From positions 8,799 to 72,798 of the forward strand of contig JAFXTB010000048.1 in the NCBI GenBank assembly GCA_017525225.1: 64,000 nucleotides of DNA. Direction: 5' to 3'. Shown here in pieces: positions 8,417 through 18,115 of this stretch. Positions within the stretch are counted from its first letter, which is position 1, and each line of letters opens with the position of its first letter. A program made the translations under genes and the position numbers. The notes under the pieces are model-generated. The model was not told the DNA's origin, ran no database searches, and saw only the letters and a program-made list of their open reading frames with translations. The DNA is from Kiritimatiellia bacterium. Its GTDB lineage: Bacteria; Verrucomicrobiota; Kiritimatiellia; RFP12; UBA1067.

Positions 8417-10264
8417 ATGGCAAAAAACACGAATTCCCGCAAGGTCCGCATCACCGACACCACCCTGCGCGACGCCCACCAGTCCCTCTGGGCCACGCGC
8501 ATGCGTACGGACGACATCCTCGCCATAGCCGAAAAGATAGATTCGGCCGGCTACTATTCACTTGAATGCTGGGGCGGCGCCACGTTCGACGTGTGCATGC
8601 GCTTCCTGCGCGAAAACCCGTGGGAGAGGCTCCGCCGCATCAAGGCGGTATGCCGCCGCACCCCGCTGCAGATGCTGCTCAGGGGCCAGAACATCCTCGG
8701 CTACAAGCATTATCCGGACGACGTGGTGGACCGTTTCGTGGCGCTTGCGTGCGAGAACGGCATGGACATATTCCGCGTCTTCGACGCGCTCAACGACCCG
8801 CGCAACCTCGAGACGGCCATCCGCGCCGTCAAGAAGTACGGCGGCCACGCGCAGGGCACGATCAGCTACACCACCTCGCCCGTACATACCGTGGAGTCGT
8901 ACGTGGCGCTCGCGAGGGAGCAGGCGGCGATGGGCATCGATTCGCTCGCGATCAAGGACATGGCGGGCATACTCACGCCCGGCGCCGCGCGCGAGCTCGT
9001 AGGCGCGCTCGTGAAGGCCCTGCCCGACATGCCGATCCAGGTGCACTCCCACATGACGAGCGGCATGGCGGCCGCGATGTACATGGCCGCCGTGGAGGCC
9101 GGCGCGGGATGCGTGGACACCGCGATCTCCACGCTGTCATCCTTCTCCTCACAGCCGCCTTGCGAATCGGTGATGACGATTCTCGAGTCGGAGGGCTTCG
9201 ATACCGGCCTAGACCGCGCCGTGCTGGGGGAAATCAACGCCTACTTCATGGATCTGAAGAAGAAGCGCCAGCCGGCGTCGTCCGCAAGGGTCGAGGCCGT
9301 GGATGCCGGCGTGCTGGTGCATGCGATCCCCGGCGGCATGATCTCCAACCTGCGCAGCCAGCTGGCACAGCAGGGTGCGCTGGACCGTCTGGACGACGTG
9401 CTGGCGGAACTGCCCAGGACGCGCGCCGACATGGGCTATCCGCCCCTGGTCACGCCAACCTCGCAGATCGTGGGCGTACAGAGCGTACTGAACGTACTTT
9501 CCGGCCGGCGCTACTCAATGGTCACCGACGAGACCAGGCACTACGCCGCCGGATACTACGGCCGTACGCCAGCGCCCATCGACAGGAAGCTGAGGAAGAA
9601 GCTGATGGGCGACCTGAAGCCGATAGACTGCCGTCCCGCGGACCTTCTTAAGCCAGGCCTCTCCGCGGCGGCGGACGAGATCCCCGCAAAGCTCATCCAG
9701 GCCGAGGAGGACATTCTCTCCTACTGCCTGTTCCCGGAGGTCGCGCTGGACTTCTTCAAATGGCGCGCCAAGCCCGAGGGTGAGCGCGATCCGATTCCTG
9801 CAGATCTGGAGATGCAGAAGGCCGAGGCGGAAAAGGCCGCCGCGCCCGCCCTGGACGAGCAGACGGCGAAGTTCGCCAGCATCGGAAGGGCTTTCGCTTC
9901 TCTGATGGCCGCATGCGGCGGCACGGGTGATCTTAACGGCCTTAACGGCACTAACGGCGTTAATGGCCTTAACGGCGCTGATGTTCAGGAGGCCGGTGAG
10001 TCCAAGAAGGAACCTGAGGATCAGATTCCCGCCGGCGAGCCGGTTCTGGCACCTCTCAACGGCACGTTCTACCGCAGCGCAGGGCCGGGCAAGCCGGAAC
10101 TGGCCGCCGACGGCGCCACAGTGAAGGCTGGCGAGCCGTGCTGCATCGTCGAGGCGATGAAGCTCTTCAACCCGATCAAGGCGCCTGTCGCGGGGAAGAT
10201 CACCTTCCTCGTGAAGCATGGCACGGTCGTGGTCAAGGGCCAGACACTGGCCGTGGTGGCATGA
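8417..10264 (+). CDS. biotin-dependent carboxyltransferase: oxaloacetate decarboxylase alpha subunit / pyruvate carboxylase subunit B-like (5S carboxyltransferase + biotinyl domain)
   Basis: MAKNTNSRKVRITDTTLRDAHQSL (HMGL-like TIM-barrel start) and a C-terminal biotinyl domain with the EAMKLFNPI (AMK) biotinylation motif. Real start ATG 8417 rather than track start 8189. Confidence 0.85.
   Translation: MAKNTNSRKVRITDTTLRDAHQSLWATRMRTDDILAIAEKIDSAGYYSLECWGGATFDVCMRFLRENPWERLRRIKAVCRRTPLQMLLRGQNILGYKHYPDDVVDRFVALACENGMDIFRVFDALNDPRNLETAIRAVKKYGGHAQGTISYTTSPVHTVESYVALAREQAAMGIDSLAIKDMAGILTPGAARELVGALVKALPDMPIQVHSHMTSGMAAAMYMAAVEAGAGCVDTAISTLSSFSSQPPCESVMTILESEGFDTGLDRAVLGEINAYFMDLKKKRQPASSARVEAVDAGVLVHAIPGGMISNLRSQLAQQGALDRLDDVLAELPRTRADMGYPPLVTPTSQIVGVQSVLNVLSGRRYSMVTDETRHYAAGYYGRTPAPIDRKLRKKLMGDLKPIDCRPADLLKPGLSAAADEIPAKLIQAEEDILSYCLFPEVALDFFKWRAKPEGERDPIPADLEMQKAEAEKAAAPALDEQTAKFASIGRAFASLMAACGGTGDLNGLNGTNGVNGLNGADVQEAGESKKEPEDQIPAGEPVLAPLNGTFYRSAGPGKPELAADGATVKAGEPCCIVEAMKLFNPIKAPVAGKITFLVKHGTVVVKGQTLAVVA
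9932..9976 (+). repeat. 5 x 9-bp in-frame tandem repeat (CTTAACGGC-like) encoding an LNG/TNG/VNG linker before the biotinyl domain
   Basis: cttaacggc cttaacggc actaacggc gttaatggc cttaacggc read directly, encoding GDLNGLNGTNGVNGLNGAD. Confidence 0.8.
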
Positions 10265-10320
10265 TCGTCCGGAGGAATCGGCCAAGGGCGGGCAACCGAC
10301 AATGAAGGAAGGGGTTTCCA

Positions 10321-10776
10321 ATGACTGACTTTCTGACGGCAAAATGGATATGGCTTTACATCGGCGCGTTCCTGATGCTCGCCGAGATACTGGCTCCAGG
10401 GTTCGTGATATTCTTCTTCGGCCTGGCGGCGGCGACGATAGGTCTTTTCCTGTTCGTTCTGCCAGGCGGCTTCCATGTGACGCTTGCCTGGCAGCTTGCG
10501 CTCTTCTCGTTTTTCTCGATACTCTACCTGCTTACGCTCAGGCGCTATGCAAAAAAGGTGTTCCTTGGCGACATCGACCAGTCCAGCGCGATAGACTCCG
10601 AGTATGTCGGGCGCATCGCGAAGGTGACGGAGACGATACGTCCCGAGGCGCCAGGGCGCGTGATGCTGGGCGATGCCGAATGGACAGCATCCTCCGCCGA
10701 ACGGCTGGAGCCGGGCACTGAGGTGAAGGTGGTCGGACGAAGCAATCTCACGCTGGAAGTAGAAAGGCTGGCATAG
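10321..10776 (+). CDS. NfeD-family membrane protein (OB-fold C-terminal domain)
   Basis: Three N-terminal hydrophobic helices then a soluble C-terminal region (GRVMLGDAEWTASSAERLEPGTEVKVVG), typical of NfeD. GAAGGAAGGGG SD. Confidence 0.6.
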   Translation: MTDFLTAKWIWLYIGAFLMLAEILAPGFVIFFFGLAAATIGLFLFVLPGGFHVTLAWQLALFSFFSILYLLTLRRYAKKVFLGDIDQSSAIDSEYVGRIAKVTETIRPEAPGRVMLGDAEWTASSAERLEPGTEVKVVGRSNLTLEVERLA

Positions 10777-10779
10777 CAA

Positions 10780-12294
10780 ATGAATGTCTCTAGACGCTGG
10801 TTCATAGGAGGCGCGTCGTCGATCGGCGTGCTGGCGGGGTGCAGGTGCTTCAGGACGCCGTGCGCGGCGTCGGACACGGGGCCGAACCTCACCTTCGGGG
10901 TCATAAGCGACGTGCACGTGCGTCTCGCGGCCGATGGCAGGGGGATGGCGGCAAGCCACGACTGCTCGACGCTCATACATGCGTTCGAATGGTTCCGCGA
11001 CCAGGGTGCGGATGCGGTGATGATCGTAGGCGACATCGCCGACAAGGGCGTGGTGGCCGAGCTTGAGGCCGTCGCCGCCGCTTGGCAGAAGGTATTCCCC
11101 GGTTCCAAGGCGCCGGACGGCCGCAAGGTCGAGCGGGTGTTCGTGTACGGGAACCACGACTGGGAGGGCTTCAACTACGGCGATGCCATCAAGAAGCTCT
11201 ATCCGGACAAGGACGAGCTGGCCCGCAACATCCTGCGCACCGACATGAAGAGGAACTGGGAGAAGGTGTTCGACGAGCCGTACGAGCCCATCTACCGCAA
11301 GGACGTGAAGGGCTACGCCTTCATCGGGGCGCATTGGCAGGCGGACCACTGCCGGGGATGCGACGAGAAGGCGTTCGACCATGTGGGGGACTGGTTCGAC
11401 GCCCACGGCAGGGACATCGATCCCTCGCGTCCGTTCTTCTACTGCCAGCACGCGCACCCGAAGGACACCGTCTATGGCCACTGGGCCTGGGGGCATGACT
11501 GCGGCGTCACGACAAGGGCGCTCTCGAAGTTCCCGGGCGCGGTCGCCTTTTCAGGCCATTCCCACTATTCGCTCACCGACGAACGCTCCATCTGGCAGGG
11601 CGCCTTCACGTCGCTCGGCACGAGTTCGCTGCGCTACACAGGCATGGCATACGACCAGTACCCGGGCGTCGGATACGAGAACACCGGCGGTTCGCGGGAT
11701 GGCGACGTCTACAAGGTGATGAAGCCCTATTCCTCGTTCGACGGGCGCCAGGGGATGCTGGTGCGCGTCTTCGACGACTGCATGTCGTTCCGCCGCCGCG
11801 AATTCGTGACCGACCGCGTTCTGGGCGACGACTGGGTGATGCCCCTGCCGTCGGTAGAACCCAGGCCGTTCACGTTCGCCGGCCGCGCCGCCAAGGCGAA
11901 GAGCCCGGAATTCCCCGCAGGTACCGCGCTTTCCATCTCAAAGGTGCGCGCCAGGAACCGCGGCGGGTTGCCGAGGGGCGCCAAGCCCGGCAACAAGGTG
12001 CCATCCGTGGAAAAGGACGTGCTGAGACTTGAATTTCCGCAGGCTACGGCCACCCATGGAGTGCGGCCCATCGAGTACGAGCTGACGTTCAAGGCATCCC
12101 AGGGCGAACCGCTTGTCCGCCATGTCCTGGCCAACGGCTTCAACCAGTCGACCGAAGACCCGCGCACGGCCGAGAGGCAGTGCTGTGCCATCGCTTTGGA
12201 CAGGCTGCCTGCCGCGCCGTTCGGGATCGGGGTGCGGGCCGTGTCGTCGCTTGGACGCAAGAGCGCTGCGCTCACAGGGAAGTTTGAAGGTTGA
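10780..12294 (+). CDS. TAT-exported metallophosphoesterase (calcineurin-like)
   Basis: Twin-arginine motif SRRWFIGGASS. Motifs GDIADKG, GNHDWE and GHSHY match the calcineurin-like phosphoesterase signature. Confidence 0.75.
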   Translation: MNVSRRWFIGGASSIGVLAGCRCFRTPCAASDTGPNLTFGVISDVHVRLAADGRGMAASHDCSTLIHAFEWFRDQGADAVMIVGDIADKGVVAELEAVAAAWQKVFPGSKAPDGRKVERVFVYGNHDWEGFNYGDAIKKLYPDKDELARNILRTDMKRNWEKVFDEPYEPIYRKDVKGYAFIGAHWQADHCRGCDEKAFDHVGDWFDAHGRDIDPSRPFFYCQHAHPKDTVYGHWAWGHDCGVTTRALSKFPGAVAFSGHSHYSLTDERSIWQGAFTSLGTSSLRYTGMAYDQYPGVGYENTGGSRDGDVYKVMKPYSSFDGRQGMLVRVFDDCMSFRRREFVTDRVLGDDWVMPLPSVEPRPFTFAGRAAKAKSPEFPAGTALSISKVRARNRGGLPRGAKPGNKVPSVEKDVLRLEFPQATATHGVRPIEYELTFKASQGEPLVRHVLANGFNQSTEDPRTAERQCCAIALDRLPAAPFGIGVRAVSSLGRKSAALTGKFEG

Positions 12295-12319
12295 TCATCT
12301 AACAACAAAGGAGAATGAA

Positions 12320-13504
12320 ATGAGACAGATCAATTGCTGGATTGTCGCGGGACTTGCGGTCGTCGCGGCTTGTGCACAGGCCCAGGATGTCGCGAAGTTC
12401 GATCCGCGCATGGCCATGGAGAAGGCCGAGATCGACACGAACGGCGTCAAGTGGATAGACGGCCGATATCTGCCGCTGGAAGGAAAGTACTTCCAGGACG
12501 TGGATAGATTCTACGACCGGCTGCCGTCTGGCGTGACGACGAACGTCAACGGGGGCGTCCGCAGCATGAAGTGCCATACGTCCGGGATGATGTTCCGTTT
12601 CCGGACCGATTCCAAGCACCTTACGTTCCGCTGGATTCCGATCTCCCCCAATCTGGCCATGGGTCACATGCCCGCGACGGGCGTATCCGGCATCGACGTC
12701 TACTGCCAGGACGCCAAGGGACGCTGGCGCTACGTGAAGACGGGTCGCATATCGGATGCGGTCAAAGGCGGTACGCTGACGATGGGCTGGACGCCCGGCT
12801 CGGCCTGCCTCGTGAACCTGCCTCTCTACAACGGCATCAAGTCCTTCTCGCTCGGCATCGACAAGAATGCCAAGGTGGAGGCTCTCGGTCCGCGCAAGAG
12901 CGGCATCGACAAGCCGGTTGTGTTCTACGGCACATCGATCACCCACGGTGGCTGCGCGTCCCGTCCGGGCATGGGCTTCGTGAACATCGTCGGCCGCGAT
13001 CTCGACGTGCCGGTGTGCAACCTCGGATTCTCCGGCTCGGGCCGCATGGAGATGGAGATGGTCGACCACCTCGCGCGCATCGACGCGAGCTGCTATGTGC
13101 TGGACTGCCTGTGGAACATGGGCACGCCCAGCACCAAGCCTGGCACCGCCTTCGACGACATGCTGGCGGCGGGGTACGACAAGAAAGATCCGATCCCGGT
13201 CGTGCGCTTTCGCTACGAGCCGTTCATCCGCGCGCTCCGCGCGAAGCGGCCGGACGTGCCGATCGTCATGGCGGAGCAGTGCGACGTGTTCTGCGGCGAG
13301 AAGAGCGTCAAGAACAAGTTCGTGCGCGCCCTCTACGAGAAGCTCGTGGCGGAAGGCTGGAAGAACCTCGTTTACCTTCCCAACGACACGATGTATTCAG
13401 GCGACGGGGAAGGCACCGTGGACGGCTGCCATCCGAACGACCTCGGCATGATGTCGATGGGCAAGGCCTTCGGCAAGGCGGTGCGCGAGGCGTTGAAGCT
13501 GTAA
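12320..13504 (+). CDS. secreted SGNH/GDSL-family hydrolase (carbohydrate or sialate O-acetylesterase-like)
   Basis: Signal peptide MRQINCWIVAGLAVVAACAQA. VVFYGTSITHGG (GDS-like block I) and DGCHPND (block V DxxH). AAGGAG SD 7 nt upstream. Paralog of 30046..31146. Confidence 0.75.
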   Translation: MRQINCWIVAGLAVVAACAQAQDVAKFDPRMAMEKAEIDTNGVKWIDGRYLPLEGKYFQDVDRFYDRLPSGVTTNVNGGVRSMKCHTSGMMFRFRTDSKHLTFRWIPISPNLAMGHMPATGVSGIDVYCQDAKGRWRYVKTGRISDAVKGGTLTMGWTPGSACLVNLPLYNGIKSFSLGIDKNAKVEALGPRKSGIDKPVVFYGTSITHGGCASRPGMGFVNIVGRDLDVPVCNLGFSGSGRMEMEMVDHLARIDASCYVLDCLWNMGTPSTKPGTAFDDMLAAGYDKKDPIPVVRFRYEPFIRALRAKRPDVPIVMAEQCDVFCGEKSVKNKFVRALYEKLVAEGWKNLVYLPNDTMYSGDGEGTVDGCHPNDLGMMSMGKAFGKAVREALKL

Positions 13505-13529
13505 CCGCCACTGGCAGGGAGTGAGTGAC

Positions 13530-16500
13530 ATGGCAAGACCGATCTTTCTGGCCGCGGCCGCCATCATGGCCATTGTTTCCGTGTACGCCGCCGAAGGGCA
13601 GGCGTGCAAGGGCCGTACGCCGGCCGAGGCATATCGCGCCAACATCGCAGCCGGAATGAAGACGCCAGAGACGTCGCGTCTTTTCGAGAAGTTCACGGAT
13701 CCCGTGTCGGGTGTGGTATCCTACATCCTGAAGCCGGGATCCATCGCCTTCAACCAGCAGACTACGTACTTCACGGCGAAGTCGATGACGGACGACGGGC
13801 GATTCCTCGTGTTCCATGCGGCGGACGACGAGTTCCCGCCCGAAAAGCAGGGCCAGCGCGTCCCCGTCAGAAAGCGCAAGGTGCTGATCGACTTCCTCAA
13901 GGACGAAGCCATCGATATCGGAGCGGGCGGCGGGATACCTTTTCTCGACACCGCAACCGACCAGATGTGGTACACCGACAATCAGGGTCTGCACCGGCGC
14001 GACTTCCTCGTCAACCCCACGAACGATGTGCTCGTCTGCACCTGGCCGCCGGAGCTGGCGCCAAAGCGCACGGGCGGCAGGTACGGAACGCACATAACGT
14101 TCTCGCCCGACCGGCGGTTCATGTTCATGGATACCACCATCGACGGACAGGACGTGGAGGGCGTCGTGGACACGGCCACCGGCAAATGGATCGAATGGGC
14201 GCGCTCCAACTTCCTCTGCAACCATGGGCAGTTCAACCCGAAGGATCCCACCCTCGCCATGTGCGCCTGGGAGAACGCCTGGCAGAAGGTACGCGACGAG
14301 ATGACGCCCGAGGAAATCGCCAAGGCCACGTTCACGAGACGCTTCGTCAGTGACATCCGCCGCGACTCCGACGACGTATATCCCCGCCTCTGGCTCATGC
14401 GCCAGGGGAAGAAGTGGGAAGTGACCTCTAAGATCACGGGCTATGCTACGCACGAATATTTCGCGGAGGACGGCAAGGGCTTCTACTGGTGTTCGAGCGG
14501 CGTGAGCTACCATGATCTCGCCACGGGCCGCGAATGGCGCATCAACCCAGTCGGCTCCGCGCACGCGACGATGACGGCCGACAACAGGTACATAGTCGCG
14601 GACTGTAGCTGGGGTGGCTGGTGGCGCGGCTGCGGCTGGACGGTACATTTCTGGAATCGCGATACCCACCGCGCGGTATACGTCCATTCCTGCCGTCCGC
14701 GCATCGCCTCCAAGGCCAACGAGAGCAAGCTACATCCCGACCCCCATCCGCATTTCGCCTGCCTCGACCGTTACATCATTAGCACCTTCAACGACGAAGA
14801 GCGCCGTATGAACGTGTCGATCACGCCCGTGGAGCAGCTGGTGAGGATCACATCCGATCCTGCCACCGCGCCCAGGCCGAAGACCTTCCCGCTCGCGTTC
14901 GACCCTGCCTCGCGCACGGACGCCACGTACGAGATGGAGATCGACGTGAAGTCGCTCAAGGACCGCAAGTTCGTCGCATCGCCGCCCTGCACCGTCGGCG
15001 CCGACAGCTACACGCCGTTCGCGCTCAGGGCGGTTGTCGGCGGCAAGGAGGGGCCTCTGCCGTTCGAGGCCGTGCAGGGAAGCGACTTCAAGCGGAACGT
15101 AGTACTGCGCTTCAAGCTGCCGAAGGGCGTCGAGAAGCTCTTCTGCGTGGCCGACGCCCCCGGCCGCTTCGAATACTACGATTCGGAATCCTGCGCCAAC
15201 ATCTTCGCGCATGCCTACGAGCATGAAAACTTGGGCCGCTGGACCTGCGGGACCGGAGTGGAAGGGTCCACGCACCGCGCAGGGCTCGTGTTCACGCGCA
15301 CGGCGGCGGATGGCGATGCGTTCCCGGGTGCGGCGTACACGGCCGATCTGCCCGATGGCGTGGCAGGACGCGACTTCAAGTTCGAGCTGAACCTGAACAA
15401 CCTCGGCGTGTCCGAATGGTGCGGCGGCATCCGCATGCAGCAGCTGGATGCCTCCGGCGCCGAACTCGGCGACGCATTCAACGGCCGCGGGCTGACGAAG
15501 ACCATCGCCCCCGGCAGGCGCCGCGAGTTCCGCCTGACGGGCCGCATTGCCCCGGCCGCGAGGAAGGTGCGCCTGGAGATTGGTCTCAAGTCTAAGGATG
15601 GCAAGCCGGCCAAGGTGCTTGTATGGAGGATGAACCTGCGCGAGGCGACGGTATTCCCGTACACACCTCCCGCAGATGTCACAATGAAGACGCCGGAGAC
15701 GTCGAAGAATTTCGTCAAGCGCGTGGACAAGCGCACGAAGCTGACATCGTACGTGCTGAAGCCCGGGCTCGTGGACGACAGCCAGCAGAGCTGGTACTTC
15801 ACGGCGAAGTCTATGACCGACGATGGACGTTTCCTCTTCTTCTGGGCGTTCAAGAACGAGAACAAGCCGCAGACAGGCAAGCGGATGGCGTACGTCGATT
15901 TCCTTGACGATACCGTCCACACCACCGACATCATGGAACTTCCTTTCCAGAAGCCTTTCCTTGACGTGGAGACGGACCGCCTATACTACATCCGCCGCGA
16001 TCCGGACAGAATATGCCGCCGGGACTTGCTCTCCGACCCAGAGAAGGAGATCACGATGGCGATGATACCGGAACGCTTCACGCGGCCTGGCGTCAAGGTG
16101 AGGTACTACTGTACCCACCTTACGCTCACACGCGACAGGCAGAAGGCGTTTCTCGACGTCGGCCTGACCGAAGGCGGAAAGGATACGTACGAGCAGGGGC
16201 TTCTCGATCTCAGGACAGGCCGGTGGGAGAAGTGGACCGAGACGGATTTCTTCTGCAACCACGGCCAGATATGCCCTACGGACGACGCTCTCGCGCTCTG
16301 CGCATGGGAAAGATGCTGGAAGAAGACGGTGGTGTCGAATGGTGTACCTGTTGAGATCGACCGTCCGAAGGACGAGCCGTATCCCCGCGTATGGCTCCTG
16401 CGTGCGGACGGCACGAAGCGGAACATACTGCCGGAGGAGTTCAACTACGCCACGCACGAGCACTGGCAGACGGACGGCAAGGGCATCATGTGGTGCTGCT

Positions 16501-18011
16501 CCAACGGGCTCTACGGCTACAATCTCGGCGAGGACCGCCAGTACTGCATAATGCCGTTCGCCGCAGGGCACGCCACCATGACCGACGGCAACCGGTACGT
16601 TGTCACGGACTATCCTGTCGGCGGCTGGTACCGTGGCTGCAACTGGCAGACCGTGTTCTACGACCGCATGACGGGCAAGGTGGTGTTCCCGCACTACAAG
16701 AACGACAGGCTGTGCCCCGATGACGGCGGAATGCACAACCACCCCGATCCGCATCCGCAGTTCGTCTGCCGCGATCGCTACATCGTGAGCACCATCAACA
16801 TGGCCGACGGCCACATGGATCTTTCCGTCACGCCTGTCGGGCCGCTCATGGACCGCACGCGCTTCGCGACGGATTCCGGCGGACATTCGCGCAACTTCTG
16901 GTTCGACGCCCTGCCGAAGGAGGCTTCGCCGATGGAAGTGGGCGGACGCATCGTCAGGCAGTTCCTGTCGTCCCCGCCCGACGCCTACTTCCCGAAGGGT
17001 GCGACGGCGCTTCACGCCAGGGGGTACGTGCCGTACGCAATAGTGAGTACATGGGCGAACGCGATCGAATACGCCTCGCGCACGCACAACGCGTATCTTG
17101 AAACGCGCCTTGCAGATCTCTTCAAGCCGTTCACCGGTCCGAAGAAGAACGAGTGTTCGCGTCCGGACCACGTGGACTTCTCGATATTCGGCGCGGTGCC
17201 GATGTCCGTGGCGCGCCTCACGGGCGACAAGACGCTGCGCAAATTCGGCCTGGACTATGCCGACAGGCAGTGGACGCGTCCCGCGGGTCCGGAGGACGTG
17301 CGCATCTCGAAGAACGAGGTGGACGTTCCGTACGAGGAGCGCCTGAGGCTCTTCGACCAGGGCTACACGGCGCAGACGCGCTTCTGGATCGACGACATGT
17401 ACATGATCACGGTGCTGCAGACGCAGGCCTATCTGACCACTCGCGACAGGAAGTACCTCGATCGCGCCGCAAAGGAAATGTGCCTCTATCTCGACCGCCT
17501 GCAGCTCAAGGAGGGCAGGGCGAAGGGGCTGTTCTACCATGCGCCGGACGTCCCGTACGTCTGGGGGCGCGGAGCTGGCTGGATGGCTGGCGGCATGGCG
17601 CTGCTGCTGAGGCACCTGCCAGAGGATTCCGAATACCACGCGCGCATCACGGCCGGGTACAGGTCGATGATGGAGGCGCTTCTCAGGTTCCAGCGCGCCG
17701 ACGGCATGTGGGGGCAGCTTGTGGACGAGCCGGAGAGCTGGGCCGAGTCCTCGGGGTCGGCCATGTTCACCTCGGCCTTCATCGTCGGCGTGCGCCGTGG
17801 CTGGCTCGACATGAACGCATACGGACCTGCCGCGCGCAAGGCATGGCTCGCCCTCTGCCGCCGTCTCGACCGCTACGGCAACATTTCGGACGTCTGCATG
17901 GGCACCGGCAAGAAGAACGACCACCAGTACTATCTCGACCGTCCGCGCCTCAACGGCGATCCCCACGGACAGGCGCCGATGCTCTGGTGCGTCAACGCCA
18001 TGTTGGAATAG
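13530..18011 (+). CDS. giant secreted multidomain enzyme: two PL22-like oligogalacturonate-lyase beta-propeller domains + C-terminal GH88/GH105-like unsaturated glycuronyl hydrolase
   Basis: Internal duplication (MKTPETSRLFEKFTDP...YILKPG...YFTAKSMTDDGRFL twice). Both copies carry FxCNHGQ and HPDPHP(H/Q)F resembling the Ogl/PL22 THPHPSF region. C-terminal FWIDDMYMITVLQTQAY and (alpha/alpha)6-like sequence resemble YteR/UGL. Start ATG 13530 (AGGGAG 9 nt upstream) rather than GTG 13521. Confidence 0.7.
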   Translation: MARPIFLAAAAIMAIVSVYAAEGQACKGRTPAEAYRANIAAGMKTPETSRLFEKFTDPVSGVVSYILKPGSIAFNQQTTYFTAKSMTDDGRFLVFHAADDEFPPEKQGQRVPVRKRKVLIDFLKDEAIDIGAGGGIPFLDTATDQMWYTDNQGLHRRDFLVNPTNDVLVCTWPPELAPKRTGGRYGTHITFSPDRRFMFMDTTIDGQDVEGVVDTATGKWIEWARSNFLCNHGQFNPKDPTLAMCAWENAWQKVRDEMTPEEIAKATFTRRFVSDIRRDSDDVYPRLWLMRQGKKWEVTSKITGYATHEYFAEDGKGFYWCSSGVSYHDLATGREWRINPVGSAHATMTADNRYIVADCSWGGWWRGCGWTVHFWNRDTHRAVYVHSCRPRIASKANESKLHPDPHPHFACLDRYIISTFNDEERRMNVSITPVEQLVRITSDPATAPRPKTFPLAFDPASRTDATYEMEIDVKSLKDRKFVASPPCTVGADSYTPFALRAVVGGKEGPLPFEAVQGSDFKRNVVLRFKLPKGVEKLFCVADAPGRFEYYDSESCANIFAHAYEHENLGRWTCGTGVEGSTHRAGLVFTRTAADGDAFPGAAYTADLPDGVAGRDFKFELNLNNLGVSEWCGGIRMQQLDASGAELGDAFNGRGLTKTIAPGRRREFRLTGRIAPAARKVRLEIGLKSKDGKPAKVLVWRMNLREATVFPYTPPADVTMKTPETSKNFVKRVDKRTKLTSYVLKPGLVDDSQQSWYFTAKSMTDDGRFLFFWAFKNENKPQTGKRMAYVDFLDDTVHTTDIMELPFQKPFLDVETDRLYYIRRDPDRICRRDLLSDPEKEITMAMIPERFTRPGVKVRYYCTHLTLTRDRQKAFLDVGLTEGGKDTYEQGLLDLRTGRWEKWTETDFFCNHGQICPTDDALALCAWERCWKKTVVSNGVPVEIDRPKDEPYPRVWLLRADGTKRNILPEEFNYATHEHWQTDGKGIMWCCSNGLYGYNLGEDRQYCIMPFAAGHATMTDGNRYVVTDYPVGGWYRGCNWQTVFYDRMTGKVVFPHYKNDRLCPDDGGMHNHPDPHPQFVCRDRYIVSTINMADGHMDLSVTPVGPLMDRTRFATDSGGHSRNFWFDALPKEASPMEVGGRIVRQFLSSPPDAYFPKGATALHARGYVPYAIVSTWANAIEYASRTHNAYLETRLADLFKPFTGPKKNECSRPDHVDFSIFGAVPMSVARLTGDKTLRKFGLDYADRQWTRPAGPEDVRISKNEVDVPYEERLRLFDQGYTAQTRFWIDDMYMITVLQTQAYLTTRDRKYLDRAAKEMCLYLDRLQLKEGRAKGLFYHAPDVPYVWGRGAGWMAGGMALLLRHLPEDSEYHARITAGYRSMMEALLRFQRADGMWGQLVDEPESWAESSGSAMFTSAFIVGVRRGWLDMNAYGPAARKAWLALCRRLDRYGNISDVCMGTGKKNDHQYYLDRPRLNGDPHGQAPMLWCVNAMLE

Positions 18012-18020
18012 CGAACGTCC

Positions 18021-18054
18021 TGCGGTCGGGGATTGACCGCAAGGCGCTGTTTTG
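18021..18054 (+). terminator. candidate rho-independent terminator after the giant pectinolytic gene (TGCGGTC-loop-GACCGCA followed by a T-run)
   Basis: 7-bp stem 18021-18027 / 18035-18041, TTTT at 18050-18053. Overlaps the -35 of the next promoter. Confidence 0.35.
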
Positions 18055-18061
18055 ATATAGT
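18033..18061 (+). promoter_or_regulatory. sigma70-like promoter TTGACC-17-TATAGT followed by a 5'-leader hairpin (GCCGTCG...CGACGGC 18065-18097)
   Basis: Hexamers read directly. Inverted repeat 18065-18071 / 18091-18097 with a nested GGCA/TGCC. Confidence 0.45.
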
Positions 18062-18115
18062 ATCGCCGTCGTTCGGCATGGGGTGCCGGGCGACGGCAAG
18101 GAAAGGCATACACAC

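Noticed and set aside
9927-10124. 65-aa + strand ORF MILTALTALTALMALTAL...
   Set aside because: Generated by the 9-bp tandem repeat read in another frame inside the oadA-like gene. Not independent.
10069-11496. 475-aa minus-strand ORF
   Set aside because: Antisense to NfeD and metallophosphoesterase genes. Arg/Pro-rich.
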